Below are positions 17,446 through 26,777 of a DNA stretch of 42,033 nt, piece by piece; within the stretch, counting starts at the first letter, position 1; each line of letters starts with the position of its first letter. Below the pieces are notes generated by a model that made no database searches, was not told where the DNA came from, and was given only the letters and a program-made list of their open reading frames with translations. The DNA is from Thermoplasmata archaeon (GTDB lineage Archaea > Thermoplasmatota > Thermoplasmata > Lutacidiplasmatales > UBA184), in assembly GCA_030037035.1 (NCBI GenBank), contig JASHSA010000100.1:1-42033 (forward strand), written 5' to 3'. Position numbers and translations under genes: made by a program.

Positions 17446-19833
17446 ATGAGCGGGGCGTCGGCGAAAGGCGAGGCGCGCCGGCGTCCGCTGTTCGGGCGGA
17501 CGGATGTCGTCGAGGAGGTCGAGCGGTCCCTCGACCACGTCGGCACGACCTCCGCCCACCCGGTCCTGCTGGTCGGCTACGGCGGCTCCGGGAAGACGAC
17601 CGTCCTCGACGAGGTCGCCGCCCGGGCGCAGGATCGGGGGTTCCTCCCGGTCGCCGCGCGCGCCCTGCCGACGGAGCTCGCCGAGCCGTTCCGCCTCGCC
17701 CGCGACCTTCTCGCCGCCGCGGGGGAGGACGAGCACACGGTCGACGAGCTGCTCCCCGCCACGTCGAGGCGGGTCGGCGGGGAGGGCTCGGCGCCGTCCC
17801 CCGAGGATGACCTCGAGCAGCTCCTCGCCCCGCTCGGTCGGACGTCGGTCGAGGGGCTCGGATCCGTCCTGCTCGGCGCGCGGGTCCGCTTCCTCGAGCG
17901 GTTCCGCGACCTCGCGCGGCGTCGGCCGCTCGCGGTCCTCGTCGACGACCTCCACCTCGCCGACCTCCCCTCGCTCGACTTCGCCGAGGCGCTCGCCCAC
18001 GAGGGGACCGTGGCGAGGATCGCGTTCGTCGCGACCGTCGACGACGGCCCGGGCGTTCCGGAACGTGCCCGCGCCGCGGTCGCGCGGCTCCGGGGCGACC
18101 CGGCGGTGAAGACCGTCACGGTCCGGCCGTTCACCGCCCCGGAGCTCGCCGAGTTCGCCACCTGGCTGCGGGACGGGCAGGCCCCCGGAGCCGAGGACGT
18201 CCTGCGGTGGACGGCGGAGACCGACGGTCATCCGCTGTTCGCCGAACTGCTCGTGCGCTCCGCCTCCGGCCTCTCCCGGCACGCCGAGCGGCTCGGACCG
18301 GCGCCGGCGAGCCTCACGCAGGTCCTCCTCGCCCGGGCCGCGGCGCTCGACGACGTCGACCGACGGATCCTGACGTACGCCAGCGTCCTGGGCCGGGAGT
18401 TCGGGTTCGACCGCCTCGCCGCCGTCGCCGAGCTTCCCGAGGAGCGGCTCTCCGAGTCGGTCGAGCGCCTCGTCCGCGGAGGGTTCCTGCGCGAGCACGG
18501 CCACGAGGTCTACGCCTTCGGCAGCGAGGAGTTCCGGGCGAGCCTCTACGCGACGGTCACGGAGACCCGCCGGGCGATCCTCCACCGCAAGGTCGCGAAG
18601 GCGCTCGAGGTGCAGCAACGCGGCGTCAGCGACCTCGAGCTCGCCCGCCACTTCTACCTCGGACGGGACGACCCCAAGGCGATCGACTACGGCCAGCGGG
18701 CCGCCGACCAGGCGGCGAACGTCTACGCGTTCGACACGGCGTTGATCCTCGTCCGGCAGGCTCTCGAGGCGGCCCGCCGGCTGCCGAAGCGCGACCGGCG
18801 GCTCGAGGTCCGCCTCCTCACCGAGGCCGGCCGCCTGCTCGACGAGCTCGGCGACTTCCCCGGCGCCGAGCAGGCGCTGAACGAGGCCGTGGCGCTCGCG
18901 CGGGAGGAGGGCGAGCTCGACCTGCCGCTGGGGCGGGCGCTGCTCGGGCTCGCGTGGACGCGCGTGGAGCGGAGCGAGTACCAGGCCGCCGAGCCGCTCG
19001 CTCTCGAGGCGGCGGCCCTCCTCGAGAAGGCGGGGCGTCCTCGCGACCTGCTCGCCGCCCACCGCGTCCTCGGCACCCTCTACTGGCGACGCTCGGACCT
19101 CGAGCTCGCGGAGCGGCACCAGCGGGCGGCGCTCGCGATCGCCGAACGGGAGGGGACGCCGCACGAGCACGGCCATGCGCTGGTCGACGTCGCGAACGCG
19201 ATGCTCCCCCGAGGGCCGGAGTACATCGAGCCGACGCTCGCGCTCTACGAGAAGGCGGCGACGCTCTTCGCGCAGCTCGACGCGCCGAACGCCTCCGCGC
19301 GCGTCCTGATGAACCGCGCCGTGCTCGAGCACCGTATCGGCCGGCGGGACGAGGCGATCCGGGACATCGAGCGGGCGCTCGACGCCGCCGAGCGCTCGCG
19401 CTCGCCGATCTGGATCGGCTACTGCCTCATCAACCTCTCGCAGTGGCGCGCGGAGCTCGACGAGACCGAGCTGGCCCGCCAGCTGAACGAGCGCGCGGAG
19501 CGGACGCTCGCGCCGACCGGCGACCGCCTGGCCCGGCAGCAGCTGCAGATGATCCGCGGGATCATCGCGGAGCGGGAGCGTCGGTACGACGACGCGGAGC
19601 GGGAGTTCGCCGAAGCGCTCGCGAGCGCCCGCTGGATGGGGATGAAGGGCGAGGTCGCCGAGATGCTCTTTCGCCGCGCCCGGCTCGCCTGGACACGGGG
19701 CGACCGCGACGGCGCGCGCCTCATCTTCGCCGAGGCGAAGGCGAACGGGCTCGACGAGCTGCGCAGCGACCTCGGCCCCGAGGCGCTCCGGCTCTCCGCC
19801 GCCCTCGAGGGAACGGCCGACCCGACCGCTTAA
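17446..19833 (+). CDS. STAND-type P-loop NTPase (AAA_16-like) fused to TPR repeats
   Basis: 795 aa with Walker A LLVGYGGSGKTT, Walker B LAVLVDDLHLAD and a GHPLF helical/winged-helix module, followed by about 400 aa of TPR-like repeats. AGGAGGG lies ~14 nt upstream, and only 22 nt separate it from the previous gene. Confidence 0.85.
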   Translation: MSGASAKGEARRRPLFGRTDVVEEVERSLDHVGTTSAHPVLLVGYGGSGKTTVLDEVAARAQDRGFLPVAARALPTELAEPFRLARDLLAAAGEDEHTVDELLPATSRRVGGEGSAPSPEDDLEQLLAPLGRTSVEGLGSVLLGARVRFLERFRDLARRRPLAVLVDDLHLADLPSLDFAEALAHEGTVARIAFVATVDDGPGVPERARAAVARLRGDPAVKTVTVRPFTAPELAEFATWLRDGQAPGAEDVLRWTAETDGHPLFAELLVRSASGLSRHAERLGPAPASLTQVLLARAAALDDVDRRILTYASVLGREFGFDRLAAVAELPEERLSESVERLVRGGFLREHGHEVYAFGSEEFRASLYATVTETRRAILHRKVAKALEVQQRGVSDLELARHFYLGRDDPKAIDYGQRAADQAANVYAFDTALILVRQALEAARRLPKRDRRLEVRLLTEAGRLLDELGDFPGAEQALNEAVALAREEGELDLPLGRALLGLAWTRVERSEYQAAEPLALEAAALLEKAGRPRDLLAAHRVLGTLYWRRSDLELAERHQRAALAIAEREGTPHEHGHALVDVANAMLPRGPEYIEPTLALYEKAATLFAQLDAPNASARVLMNRAVLEHRIGRRDEAIRDIERALDAAERSRSPIWIGYCLINLSQWRAELDETELARQLNERAERTLAPTGDRLARQQLQMIRGIIAERERRYDDAEREFAEALASARWMGMKGEVAEMLFRRARLAWTRGDRDGARLIFAEAKANGLDELRSDLGPEALRLSAALEGTADPTA

Positions 19834-19857
19834 GGAGCCGGCCGGCTCGGGGCGGCC

Positions 19858-20640
19858 GTGGGCGCGCCCGACGGCCGCCGGACGGCCGCGGACGGCTCGC
19901 TGAGGCCGGACCGAAGCTCCCCGACGTTCGAGCGCGACGTCCAGCGGATGTTCGCGACGATCGCCGACCGGTACGACACGTTCAACCACCTCGCGACGTT
20001 CGGGCTCGACCTGCTCTGGCGGCCGCGGGCGGTCTGGGGGCTCGAGCGCGCGGCCCACGGCGACTGCCGCCGGATCCTGGACGTCGGCTGCGGGACGGGC
20101 GCCCTCGCCCGGCTGCTCGCCCGTCACTTCTCGAAAGCGGAGGTCGTCGGGGTCGACTTCACGTCGGCGATGGTCCGCCGAGCCTCGGGGCTGCTCGCGC
20201 GCGGGGCGGCGAGCCCGCGGTTCGCGGTCGCGAGCGTCGCGCACCTGCCGTTCGCCGCGGGGTCGTTCGACCTCGCGACGAGCGCGTTCGTCGCGCGCAA
20301 CCTTCCCGACCTCCGTGGGGCGTTCGCGGAGCTGCGGCGCGTCCTGCGGCCGGCCGGGACGCTGCTCACGCTCGAGGTCTCCGAGCCGTCGTCGCCGCTC
20401 GTGCGGAGCGTCTTCCACGCCCACTTCGACGGTGCCGTCCCTCTCCTGGGCCGCGCGTTCGGCCGCGAGGGCCCGTACCGCTACCTCCCCGAGTCGCTGC
20501 GCTCGTTCCCCGGTCGCGAGCGCGTGGTCGCGACGCTCGCCGACGCCGGCTTTCCCCGGACGCGCGTCGTGCCGATGTCGCTCGGGATCGTGACGGCCTA
20601 CCTCAGCGGAGCGTCGGAGGCGGCGGGGCCTCAAGCTTAA
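19858..20640 (+). CDS. UbiE/MenG-family (demethylmenaquinone/ubiquinone) C-methyltransferase
   Basis: N-terminus VQRMFATIADRYDTFNHLATFGLDLLWR, SAM motif ILDVGCGTGA, and LRRVLRPAGTLLTLEVS. The start is GTG. Confidence 0.8.
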   Translation: MGAPDGRRTAADGSLRPDRSSPTFERDVQRMFATIADRYDTFNHLATFGLDLLWRPRAVWGLERAAHGDCRRILDVGCGTGALARLLARHFSKAEVVGVDFTSAMVRRASGLLARGAASPRFAVASVAHLPFAAGSFDLATSAFVARNLPDLRGAFAELRRVLRPAGTLLTLEVSEPSSPLVRSVFHAHFDGAVPLLGRAFGREGPYRYLPESLRSFPGRERVVATLADAGFPRTRVVPMSLGIVTAYLSGASEAAGPQA

Positions 20641-20663
20641 GCGGGCCGCTCCGGTCGCCGGCC

Positions 20664-21782
20664 GTGGCCGAGCCGTTCGACCCCTTCCGCTACGCCCATG
20701 AGCACCGCCGGGAGGTCGTCTGGCTGAGCCAGAACACCAACCACCTCGTCCCTCCGGAGGTCGTCCGGGGGGCGATGGAGACGGCGATCGCCGAGCGTCG
20801 CTACGAGGGCTACCCGCGCGCCACCGGCGAGCCGGAGCTGCTCGAGCTGGTCGAGCGGGACCTCGGGCTCCGAGGCCTGCCCGCGTTCCTCACCGGGGGC
20901 GGGACGGAGGCGCTCTACATGATCACCCGCGCGCTCCTCGGCCCCGGCGACGAGGTCATCGCCTCCGACCCGAGCTACCTGATCATCCACCGGTTCATCG
21001 AGCTCGCCGGCGCGACGCCGGTCTGCGTGGACATCTACCGCCCGCCGTTCCGGCTCACGGCGGACGCGATCGCGGAGCGGATCGGGCCCCGGACGAAGGC
21101 GATCCTGCTGATCGACCCGCTCAATCCCCTCGGCTCGGGCTACCCGCGCGAGGAGGTCCGGGCGATCGCCGAGCTCGCGCACGACCGGCGCCTCACGCTC
21201 GTCAACGACGTCACGTACCGGGACTTCTCCGAGGGGCACGCGCTCGCCGCCGAGTTCGCCCCCGAGCAGACGGTGACCGTCTGGTCGGTCTCGAAGAACT
21301 GCGGCCTCGCGGGACTGCGCCTCGGGGGCTTCTCCGCGCTCCCCGAGCTCTCGAAGCGGATCGCCCGCTTCAACACGAACGACCTCGGGGTCAACATCCT
21401 CGCGCAGGTCGCCGCGCTCGCCGCCCTGCGCACGAAGCCGTCCTGGATCGGCGAGGTCGTCCGCACGACCCGCGCGAACGGCCGTCGGGTCCACGAGGTC
21501 GGGCTCGGGGTCGCCGGGGTGACGGCGCCGATCGCCCCGTCCCGGGCGAACATGACGATCCTGGACATCGGCGCCACCGGCCTCGCCCCGGAGGCGGTGC
21601 AGGAGGAACTGCTGCGCCGGCACGGCGTCTTCGTCCGGTCCGGCAGCTACCTGTCGCCGTCCCACGGAAGGCAGTTCGTGCGCGTCTCGTTCTCCAACCC
21701 ACCCGCCGAGATCGAGCGGTTCGCCGCGGCGTTCCCCCAGGCGATGGCGGCGCTCGCCGGCCGACCGGTCGCGGCTCGCTAG
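20664..21782 (+). CDS. Pyridoxal-phosphate-dependent aminotransferase (class I/II)
   Basis: PLP-lysine motif WSVSKNCGLAGLRLG, with NPLNPLG and GGTEALY. The start is GTG 20664 (VAEPFDPF). The upstream part of the 1191-aa track ORF is a shadow frame across the STAND and ubiE genes. Confidence 0.88.
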   Translation: MAEPFDPFRYAHEHRREVVWLSQNTNHLVPPEVVRGAMETAIAERRYEGYPRATGEPELLELVERDLGLRGLPAFLTGGGTEALYMITRALLGPGDEVIASDPSYLIIHRFIELAGATPVCVDIYRPPFRLTADAIAERIGPRTKAILLIDPLNPLGSGYPREEVRAIAELAHDRRLTLVNDVTYRDFSEGHALAAEFAPEQTVTVWSVSKNCGLAGLRLGGFSALPELSKRIARFNTNDLGVNILAQVAALAALRTKPSWIGEVVRTTRANGRRVHEVGLGVAGVTAPIAPSRANMTILDIGATGLAPEAVQEELLRRHGVFVRSGSYLSPSHGRQFVRVSFSNPPAEIERFAAAFPQAMAALAGRPVAAR

Positions 21783-22627
21783 GGCGGCCGCACCGTGACG
21801 TCGACCACCACGTGCGTCCGACCGGGCCCGTACGGCTTCACCTCGCGCCCCCGCGGCGGATCGAGGAGCCGGCCCCCGTGGCGCGTGACCTCGGCGGCGA
21901 CCTCCGCGCTCGCTCGCGCGACCGCTCCGCGGGCGTCGGCGACCAGATGGACGTGCAGGGCGCCCCCGGCCCGGTCGAGGAGGGGGAGGGCGGTCCGGAC
22001 CCACGGCAGCGAGCTGGGAAGATAGCCGAGGAGGACCCGGTCGCTCGAGGCCGGCTCGAGCGGAACGCTCCGGTTGTCGCCGAGGACGGCACGCACGCGG
22101 GAGGCGACCCCGTTGCGCCGGAGGTTCTGCACGAGGTAGGCGAACGCCACCGGGTTCTTCTCGACGGCGACGAAGCGCGCGTCGCGGTGGGCCCGGGCCG
22201 CCGGGACGGTGAAGTAGCCGATGCCGGCGAAGAGATCCAGGACGCGCTCGCCCGCTCGCACGACGCGGGCGAACCGCAAGCGCTCGGTCCGGTTGCCGGC
22301 GGCGAACATGATCCGCCCGGCGTCCAGGCACCAGCGGCTGCCGTGCTCGGTGACCTCGGTCTCGGTCGGCCCCCCGCTCGCCAGTTCGAGGCGCGGCTCG
22401 CGGAGCTCCCCGTCGATCGGCCCGCTCCGGACGAGGACCGTCTCCACGCCCAGCTCCTCTCGCCACGCGTCGCCGAGCAGCCGGCGGTACGGCGCGAGCG
22501 ACGGCGGCAGGCGCAGGACCAGGACCCGCCCGAGGCGCTGGTAGCCGGTCGGCATCGTCCCGGCGAGCTCCGCGCCCGCGACGGCGGCGAGGCGGGCGCG
22601 AACGCGCTCGGCCGGCGGGGTCCGCAC
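21779..22627 (-). CDS. Trm5/Taw2 (Met-10+) family tRNA methyltransferase
   Basis: SAM-binding VLDLFAGIGYFTVPAA, AVEKNP, and F..GN..ER.R. At 282 aa the size is closer to Taw2-like than to Trm5b. The two cannot be distinguished by eye. Confidence 0.8.
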   Translation of the reverse strand: MRTPPAERVRARLAAVAGAELAGTMPTGYQRLGRVLVLRLPPSLAPYRRLLGDAWREELGVETVLVRSGPIDGELREPRLELASGGPTETEVTEHGSRWCLDAGRIMFAAGNRTERLRFARVVRAGERVLDLFAGIGYFTVPAARAHRDARFVAVEKNPVAFAYLVQNLRRNGVASRVRAVLGDNRSVPLEPASSDRVLLGYLPSSLPWVRTALPLLDRAGGALHVHLVADARGAVARASAEVAAEVTRHGGRLLDPPRGREVKPYGPGRTHVVVDVTVRPP

Positions 22628-22661
22628 CGTGCTCGCCCCGACGCGTCCCGGATCGAGCGGG

Positions 22662-23408
22662 TCAGGCCGGAGGGGTCTCGGGGCCCTTGTCCAGCACGAC
22701 GTCGAGGAACTGCTTGAGGTGCGCGATCAGGATCGGGTTGTCGGTGAACCCGCAGGCGTCCAACCCCGGAGCCGCGAGGAGCGCGTGCTCGCCGTCGGCG
22801 AGGACCTCGGTCGCGAGCAGGTTCTCCCGGGCGACGTGCTCGACCCCTTCGGGCAGCCGCTGCAGCGCCGCGGTGACGAACGTCACGTGGACCCCGCGCT
22901 TGACGGCGCTCTGGAACTTCTTGCCGAGGGCGTCGCGCAGCTCGGCGACCTGCGGCGTGGTCAGGATGAACGTCCGCGTCGACTGGTCGAGCAGCTCGCC
23001 GATCTTCGCCACGACCTTCTCCCGGTCCGAGAGGAGGTAGACGAGCTGGGGCTCACCGTGCTCCGCGACGAGCCGGTGGAGCTCGCTCAGCTGCTCGAAG
23101 ACCTCTTGGATCGCCGCCTTGAGCGTCTCGGCGACCTCGAGGGGCGCGCTCGGGCGGAAGAGGATCGGCTTCCCGCCGGTCGGCTGGGCGTAGCCCTTCG
23201 TGGCGAGCGACTCGAGGACCTTGTAGGCGCTCGTCCGAGGGATCCCGGCCGCCCCGGCGACCCCGGCGGCGTCGCCGACCCCCCGCGCGACGAGGGCGAT
23301 GTACGCCCGGGCCTCGTACCGCGTCAGGCCGACCCGCTCGAGGACCCCGACGGCGCGCCGGAACTCCTCGCTCGTCGGGTTGCCGAGCTCGACCGCCGTC
23401 TCCTCCAC
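22662..23408 (-). CDS. TrmB family transcriptional regulator
   Basis: N-terminal wHTH LTRYEARAYIALVARG...IPRTSAYKVLESLATKGY plus the usual C-terminal TrmB domain. The start is GTG 23408. Confidence 0.8.
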   Translation of the reverse strand: MEETAVELGNPTSEEFRRAVGVLERVGLTRYEARAYIALVARGVGDAAGVAGAAGIPRTSAYKVLESLATKGYAQPTGGKPILFRPSAPLEVAETLKAAIQEVFEQLSELHRLVAEHGEPQLVYLLSDREKVVAKIGELLDQSTRTFILTTPQVAELRDALGKKFQSAVKRGVHVTFVTAALQRLPEGVEHVARENLLATEVLADGEHALLAAPGLDACGFTDNPILIAHLKQFLDVVLDKGPETPPA

Positions 23409-23468
23409 CGTCGCCCGCGCCGCCGCGGCGGCCAGCGCGCCCCCGGCCCATAAGCGCTGGGGAGCGGT

Positions 23469-24869
23469 CTAACGGACCGGCTCGGCGAGCCGGCGCAGCG
23501 CCGTCTCGCCGAGGAGCGACTCGACCTCGTCCGGCCGCAACAGCTTGCGTTCGACCAGGAGCTCGCGGAGCGAGCGGCCGGAGCGCTCGGCCTCGTGCAG
23601 GAGCTCGGCGACCTTGAGGTAGCCGAGGCGAGGGGTGAGCACGGTCGCGAGGGCGCTCGAGCTGAGGAGGTAGCGCTCGAGCCGCTCGGGGTTCGCCTTC
23701 AGGCCGTCGACGCAGCTCCGGGCGAAGACCGGCAGGTAGTTCGTGAGGATCTCCGCCGAGAAGAGGACCTCGAAGGCGGCGAGCGGCATCATGACGTTGA
23801 TCTCGAGCTGGCCGGCCTGCACGGCGTAGGCGGTCGCGGCGTCCGCGCCGAGGACGTGGAAGGCGACCATGTCGAGGCACTCGGCGGCCGACGGGTTGAC
23901 CTTCGCGGGCATGATCGACGAACCGGGCTGGATCTCGGGCACGCGCAGCTCGTCGAGGCCGGTCGCCGGCCCGCTCGAGAGCAGGCGGAGGTCGTTCGCG
24001 ATGCGTACGAGCTCGAGGGCGAGCGTGCGGAGCCACGCGGACGCGAAGCCGAGCGGCCAGCGGCTCTGCATCGTCTCGAACGGGTCGCGCGCGGCGACGA
24101 GCGGGAGCCCGGTGAGGCGGGCGTACTCCTGGACCGACGCCGCGCGGAAGCCGGGAACGGAGTTCACGCCGGAGCCGACGGCGCTGCCGCCGAGCGGCAG
24201 TTCGGAGAGCGCGCGCTCGACCGCCGGCAGCGCTTCCAGCACATGCTCGAGGCTTGAGGCGTAGCCGCCCAGCTCGGAGCCGAGCGAGACCGGCATCGCG
24301 TCCTTGAGGTGGGTCCGGCCGGCCTTCGGGAGGCCGGCGAACTCCCGCCCCTTGGCGCGGAGGCTCGACACGAGCACCCCGGTCGCGACGCGGAGCTCCG
24401 CGAAGGCGAGGAGCGTCGCCACCTGCGCCGCCGAGGGAAACGTGTCGTTCGTCGACTGCCCGCGGTTGACGTGGTCGTTCGGGCTGAGGGTCGCGTAGTC
24501 CCCGCGGCGCTTCCCGAGGATCTCGAGCGCGCGATTCGTCAGGATCTCGTTGACGTTCATGTGCAGCGACGTGCCGGCGCCGGCCTGGAAGACGTCGACG
24601 ACGAACTGATCGTCGAAACGGCCGGCCGCCATCTCCTCGGCCGCCTGCTCCAGCGCGCGGCCGCCGGCGGCGTCGAGCCCGCCGAGCGCGACGTTGGCGC
24701 GTACGCAGGCGAGCTTGAGGAGCGCGTAGGCCCGCCTCAGGTGGCGGGACGTGCGCAGGCCGCTCACCGGGAAGTTCTCGCGCGCCCGCAGCGACTGGAT
24801 CCCCCAGAGCGCCTCCGCGGGTACGTCACGGACCCCGAGCGAGTCGGTCTCCTGGCGGACGTCGGCCAT
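23469..24869 (-). CDS. aspA: Aspartate ammonia-lyase (class II fumarase/aspartase family)
   Basis: Signature GSSIMPAKVNP is the aspartase-type Ala (fumarases usually have Gly at that position). Also AGAGTSLHMNVNE and TNDTFP. The start is placed at ATG 24869 (MADVRQETDSLG). GTG 24896 from the track is possible. Confidence 0.85.
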   Translation of the reverse strand: MADVRQETDSLGVRDVPAEALWGIQSLRARENFPVSGLRTSRHLRRAYALLKLACVRANVALGGLDAAGGRALEQAAEEMAAGRFDDQFVVDVFQAGAGTSLHMNVNEILTNRALEILGKRRGDYATLSPNDHVNRGQSTNDTFPSAAQVATLLAFAELRVATGVLVSSLRAKGREFAGLPKAGRTHLKDAMPVSLGSELGGYASSLEHVLEALPAVERALSELPLGGSAVGSGVNSVPGFRAASVQEYARLTGLPLVAARDPFETMQSRWPLGFASAWLRTLALELVRIANDLRLLSSGPATGLDELRVPEIQPGSSIMPAKVNPSAAECLDMVAFHVLGADAATAYAVQAGQLEINVMMPLAAFEVLFSAEILTNYLPVFARSCVDGLKANPERLERYLLSSSALATVLTPRLGYLKVAELLHEAERSGRSLRELLVERKLLRPDEVESLLGETALRRLAEPVR

Positions 24870-24944
24870 CGGGGCTCGAGGAGCATCGCGCGACACAAAA
24901 GCTTAGGGCGAGCCCCCCGGTGCGCCGGAGCAGGAGCGCGCTGC

Positions 24945-26777
24945 GTGGTCGGTCCGGCGACGGTCGCGTTCGACATCACGGCGGTCACGGTCTCCACGGC
25001 CGTCCCGGGCGCCGCGTGGGCGCTCTGGTTCGCGCTCGCCTGGAGGCGGCCGGAGTTCGCCGAGAGCCTGGGCCTCGGGCGCATGGGGTTCTGGCTGCTG
25101 CTTCCCGGCGCGCTCCTCGCGTCGTTCGCGCTTCTGCCGATCACCCCGGTCTCGAACGACCTGCTCGCGGTCAGTTTTGCCGGCGCGGTCTTCCCGCTCG
25201 CGGTCGGCCTGCTGACGCTCGAGCGGTTCGCGCCTCCGCTCCGGCGGTCGGTCGTCCGCCTGATCGTCCCCCTCGCCTCCGAGACGCTCGTGCTCCTCGG
25301 GCTGGTCCTGCTCGCGGACGCGGGCGTCCTGGACGGCGTCGCCTCCGGCCTCGGTCTGGCCGTCGGGGCCGCGGAGCTTCTCGTCGTCGGCGTGACGGCC
25401 GCCGCCTGGACGGTCGCGTTCGTCCTGTTCGCCCCCGGGGCCCGGGACGCGAGCGGCCGGGCGGTCGCGGGCGTCTTCGCGCTGACGAACGGGGTCCTGG
25501 TCCTGACGTTCGTCGGGGCGGTGGCGATCCCCGGCGTCGGGATCTCCGAAGGCTTCCCGTACTACCTCCTCCCCCCGATGCTCGCCGGGGTGGTCGCCGT
25601 GCTCGCCGCGCCTCGGCTGTTCCCGCGCGCCGAAGCGTTCGCGCTACCGGCGTCGTTCCTCGCCGGCGGCTGGGGCGTCGTGCTCGGGGCCGACGTCCTC
25701 CGGCAGCCGCCGCTCTACGGGAGCGGCGGGCCGGTGGGGCTCTACGCGATCGGAGGGGCCGGGGTCCTCGACCTCGTCTACCTCTCCGGGTTCCTCGGAC
25801 TGATCGCCGCCTGGGGGGCCCACCGCCTCCTCGGGCGGGACGAGACGCCGGTCGGGGCCCCCCTTGCGGCGACTCCCCCCGCGCCGTCCGCGCTCATCCG
25901 TCGCGCCTACGTGCGCGGACTGGACGGAGAGCTCGGCGCCTCCCTCACCGACTCGGCCCTCGCGGTCCGCTCGGGGGCGCTCCAGGCGCACCGCCTCCTG
26001 GGTCGCCCGGACCCGCCGCCCGGCCGCCCGTGGGACGGGCTCTCGGTCCCGGGGTGGGTCGTCGCCGACACCGCGAACCTCGAGCGGGCGGCCCGCGACG
26101 GCACGGCCGACCCCCGGGAGGCGGTCCGGAGCTGGCTCACCGCGCGCGAGCTCGTCCGCCTCGCCGGCGCGCTGTCGCGGCCGCGCTTCGCGTCGATCGG
26201 CGAACGGCTGGTCGCGTTCCTGATCGACGCGGCACTCCTCGGCCTCGTCGGCGGCGCGGTGTTCGCCGTGATCGTGCTGGCGACCCCCGGCGGGCTCGTC
26301 GCGGTGCTCAGCTCGATCGCGTTCAACGCCGCGATCTACGCCATGGTGGCGCTCGCCCTGCTCTACTTCGCGCTCGGCGAGCTCTGGACGGGGGCGACCG
26401 TCGGCAAGCTCGTGGTCGGCATCGAGGTCCGGGACCGTTCGCTGGGCTCGGTCGGCGGTCTGGCGGCGCTCGTGCGCAACGCGCCGCTCTTGCCGGCGAT
26501 GACGTTCTACGCGCTCGGGCTGTCGATCGCCGTGGCGGTCTCGCTGCGAGGCTACGGCCCGGGCATGACGATCGCGGGCCTCGGGCTCCTCGCCGGCACG
26601 CTCGAGGTCGTCAGCCTCGCTCTGTTCGTCGTCGTCGGGGTCGCCTTCGCCGGAGGGCTCGGCGTGATCGTCATGCGTCTGACCGCCGAGCGCCAGCGGA
26701 TCGGCGACCTCTGGGCCGGGACGTGGGTCGTGCGCCGGGTCACGGCGCCGCGGGGTCCCCCGACGGCGGCGCGCTAG
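24945..26777 (+). CDS. Polytopic membrane protein: DUF1614-like N-terminal half fused to a C-terminal RDD domain
   Basis: About 610 aa from GTG 24945. The N-terminal half is multi-TM, with GADVLRQPPLYG and IGGAGVLDLVYLSG, motifs I associate with DUF1614. A ~130-aa soluble linker follows. The C-terminal part has RDD-type motifs (ERLVAFLIDAALLG, GATVGKLVVGIEV, RQRIGDLWAGTWVV). Confidence 0.7.
   Translation: MVGPATVAFDITAVTVSTAVPGAAWALWFALAWRRPEFAESLGLGRMGFWLLLPGALLASFALLPITPVSNDLLAVSFAGAVFPLAVGLLTLERFAPPLRRSVVRLIVPLASETLVLLGLVLLADAGVLDGVASGLGLAVGAAELLVVGVTAAAWTVAFVLFAPGARDASGRAVAGVFALTNGVLVLTFVGAVAIPGVGISEGFPYYLLPPMLAGVVAVLAAPRLFPRAEAFALPASFLAGGWGVVLGADVLRQPPLYGSGGPVGLYAIGGAGVLDLVYLSGFLGLIAAWGAHRLLGRDETPVGAPLAATPPAPSALIRRAYVRGLDGELGASLTDSALAVRSGALQAHRLLGRPDPPPGRPWDGLSVPGWVVADTANLERAARDGTADPREAVRSWLTARELVRLAGALSRPRFASIGERLVAFLIDAALLGLVGGAVFAVIVLATPGGLVAVLSSIAFNAAIYAMVALALLYFALGELWTGATVGKLVVGIEVRDRSLGSVGGLAALVRNAPLLPAMTFYALGLSIAVAVSLRGYGPGMTIAGLGLLAGTLEVVSLALFVVVGVAFAGGLGVIVMRLTAERQRIGDLWAGTWVVRRVTAPRGPPTAAR

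Noticed and set aside
13501-20634. Long antisense ORFs 13501..15381, 15246..17546 and 17335..20634 (up to 1099 aa) opposite proS, the TPR/STAND genes and ubiE.
   Set aside because: Composition is R/P/G/E/D-rich and repetitive, with no motifs. The sense-strand genes have strong family signatures and consistent third-position G/C.
18207-20663. N-terminal ~820 aa of the 1191-aa plus-strand ORF that ends as the aminotransferase.
   Set aside because: This part is out of frame with, and fully overlaps, the STAND and ubiE genes. It is Arg/Pro/Gly-rich. The aminotransferase homology only starts at VAEPFDPF (GTG 20664).
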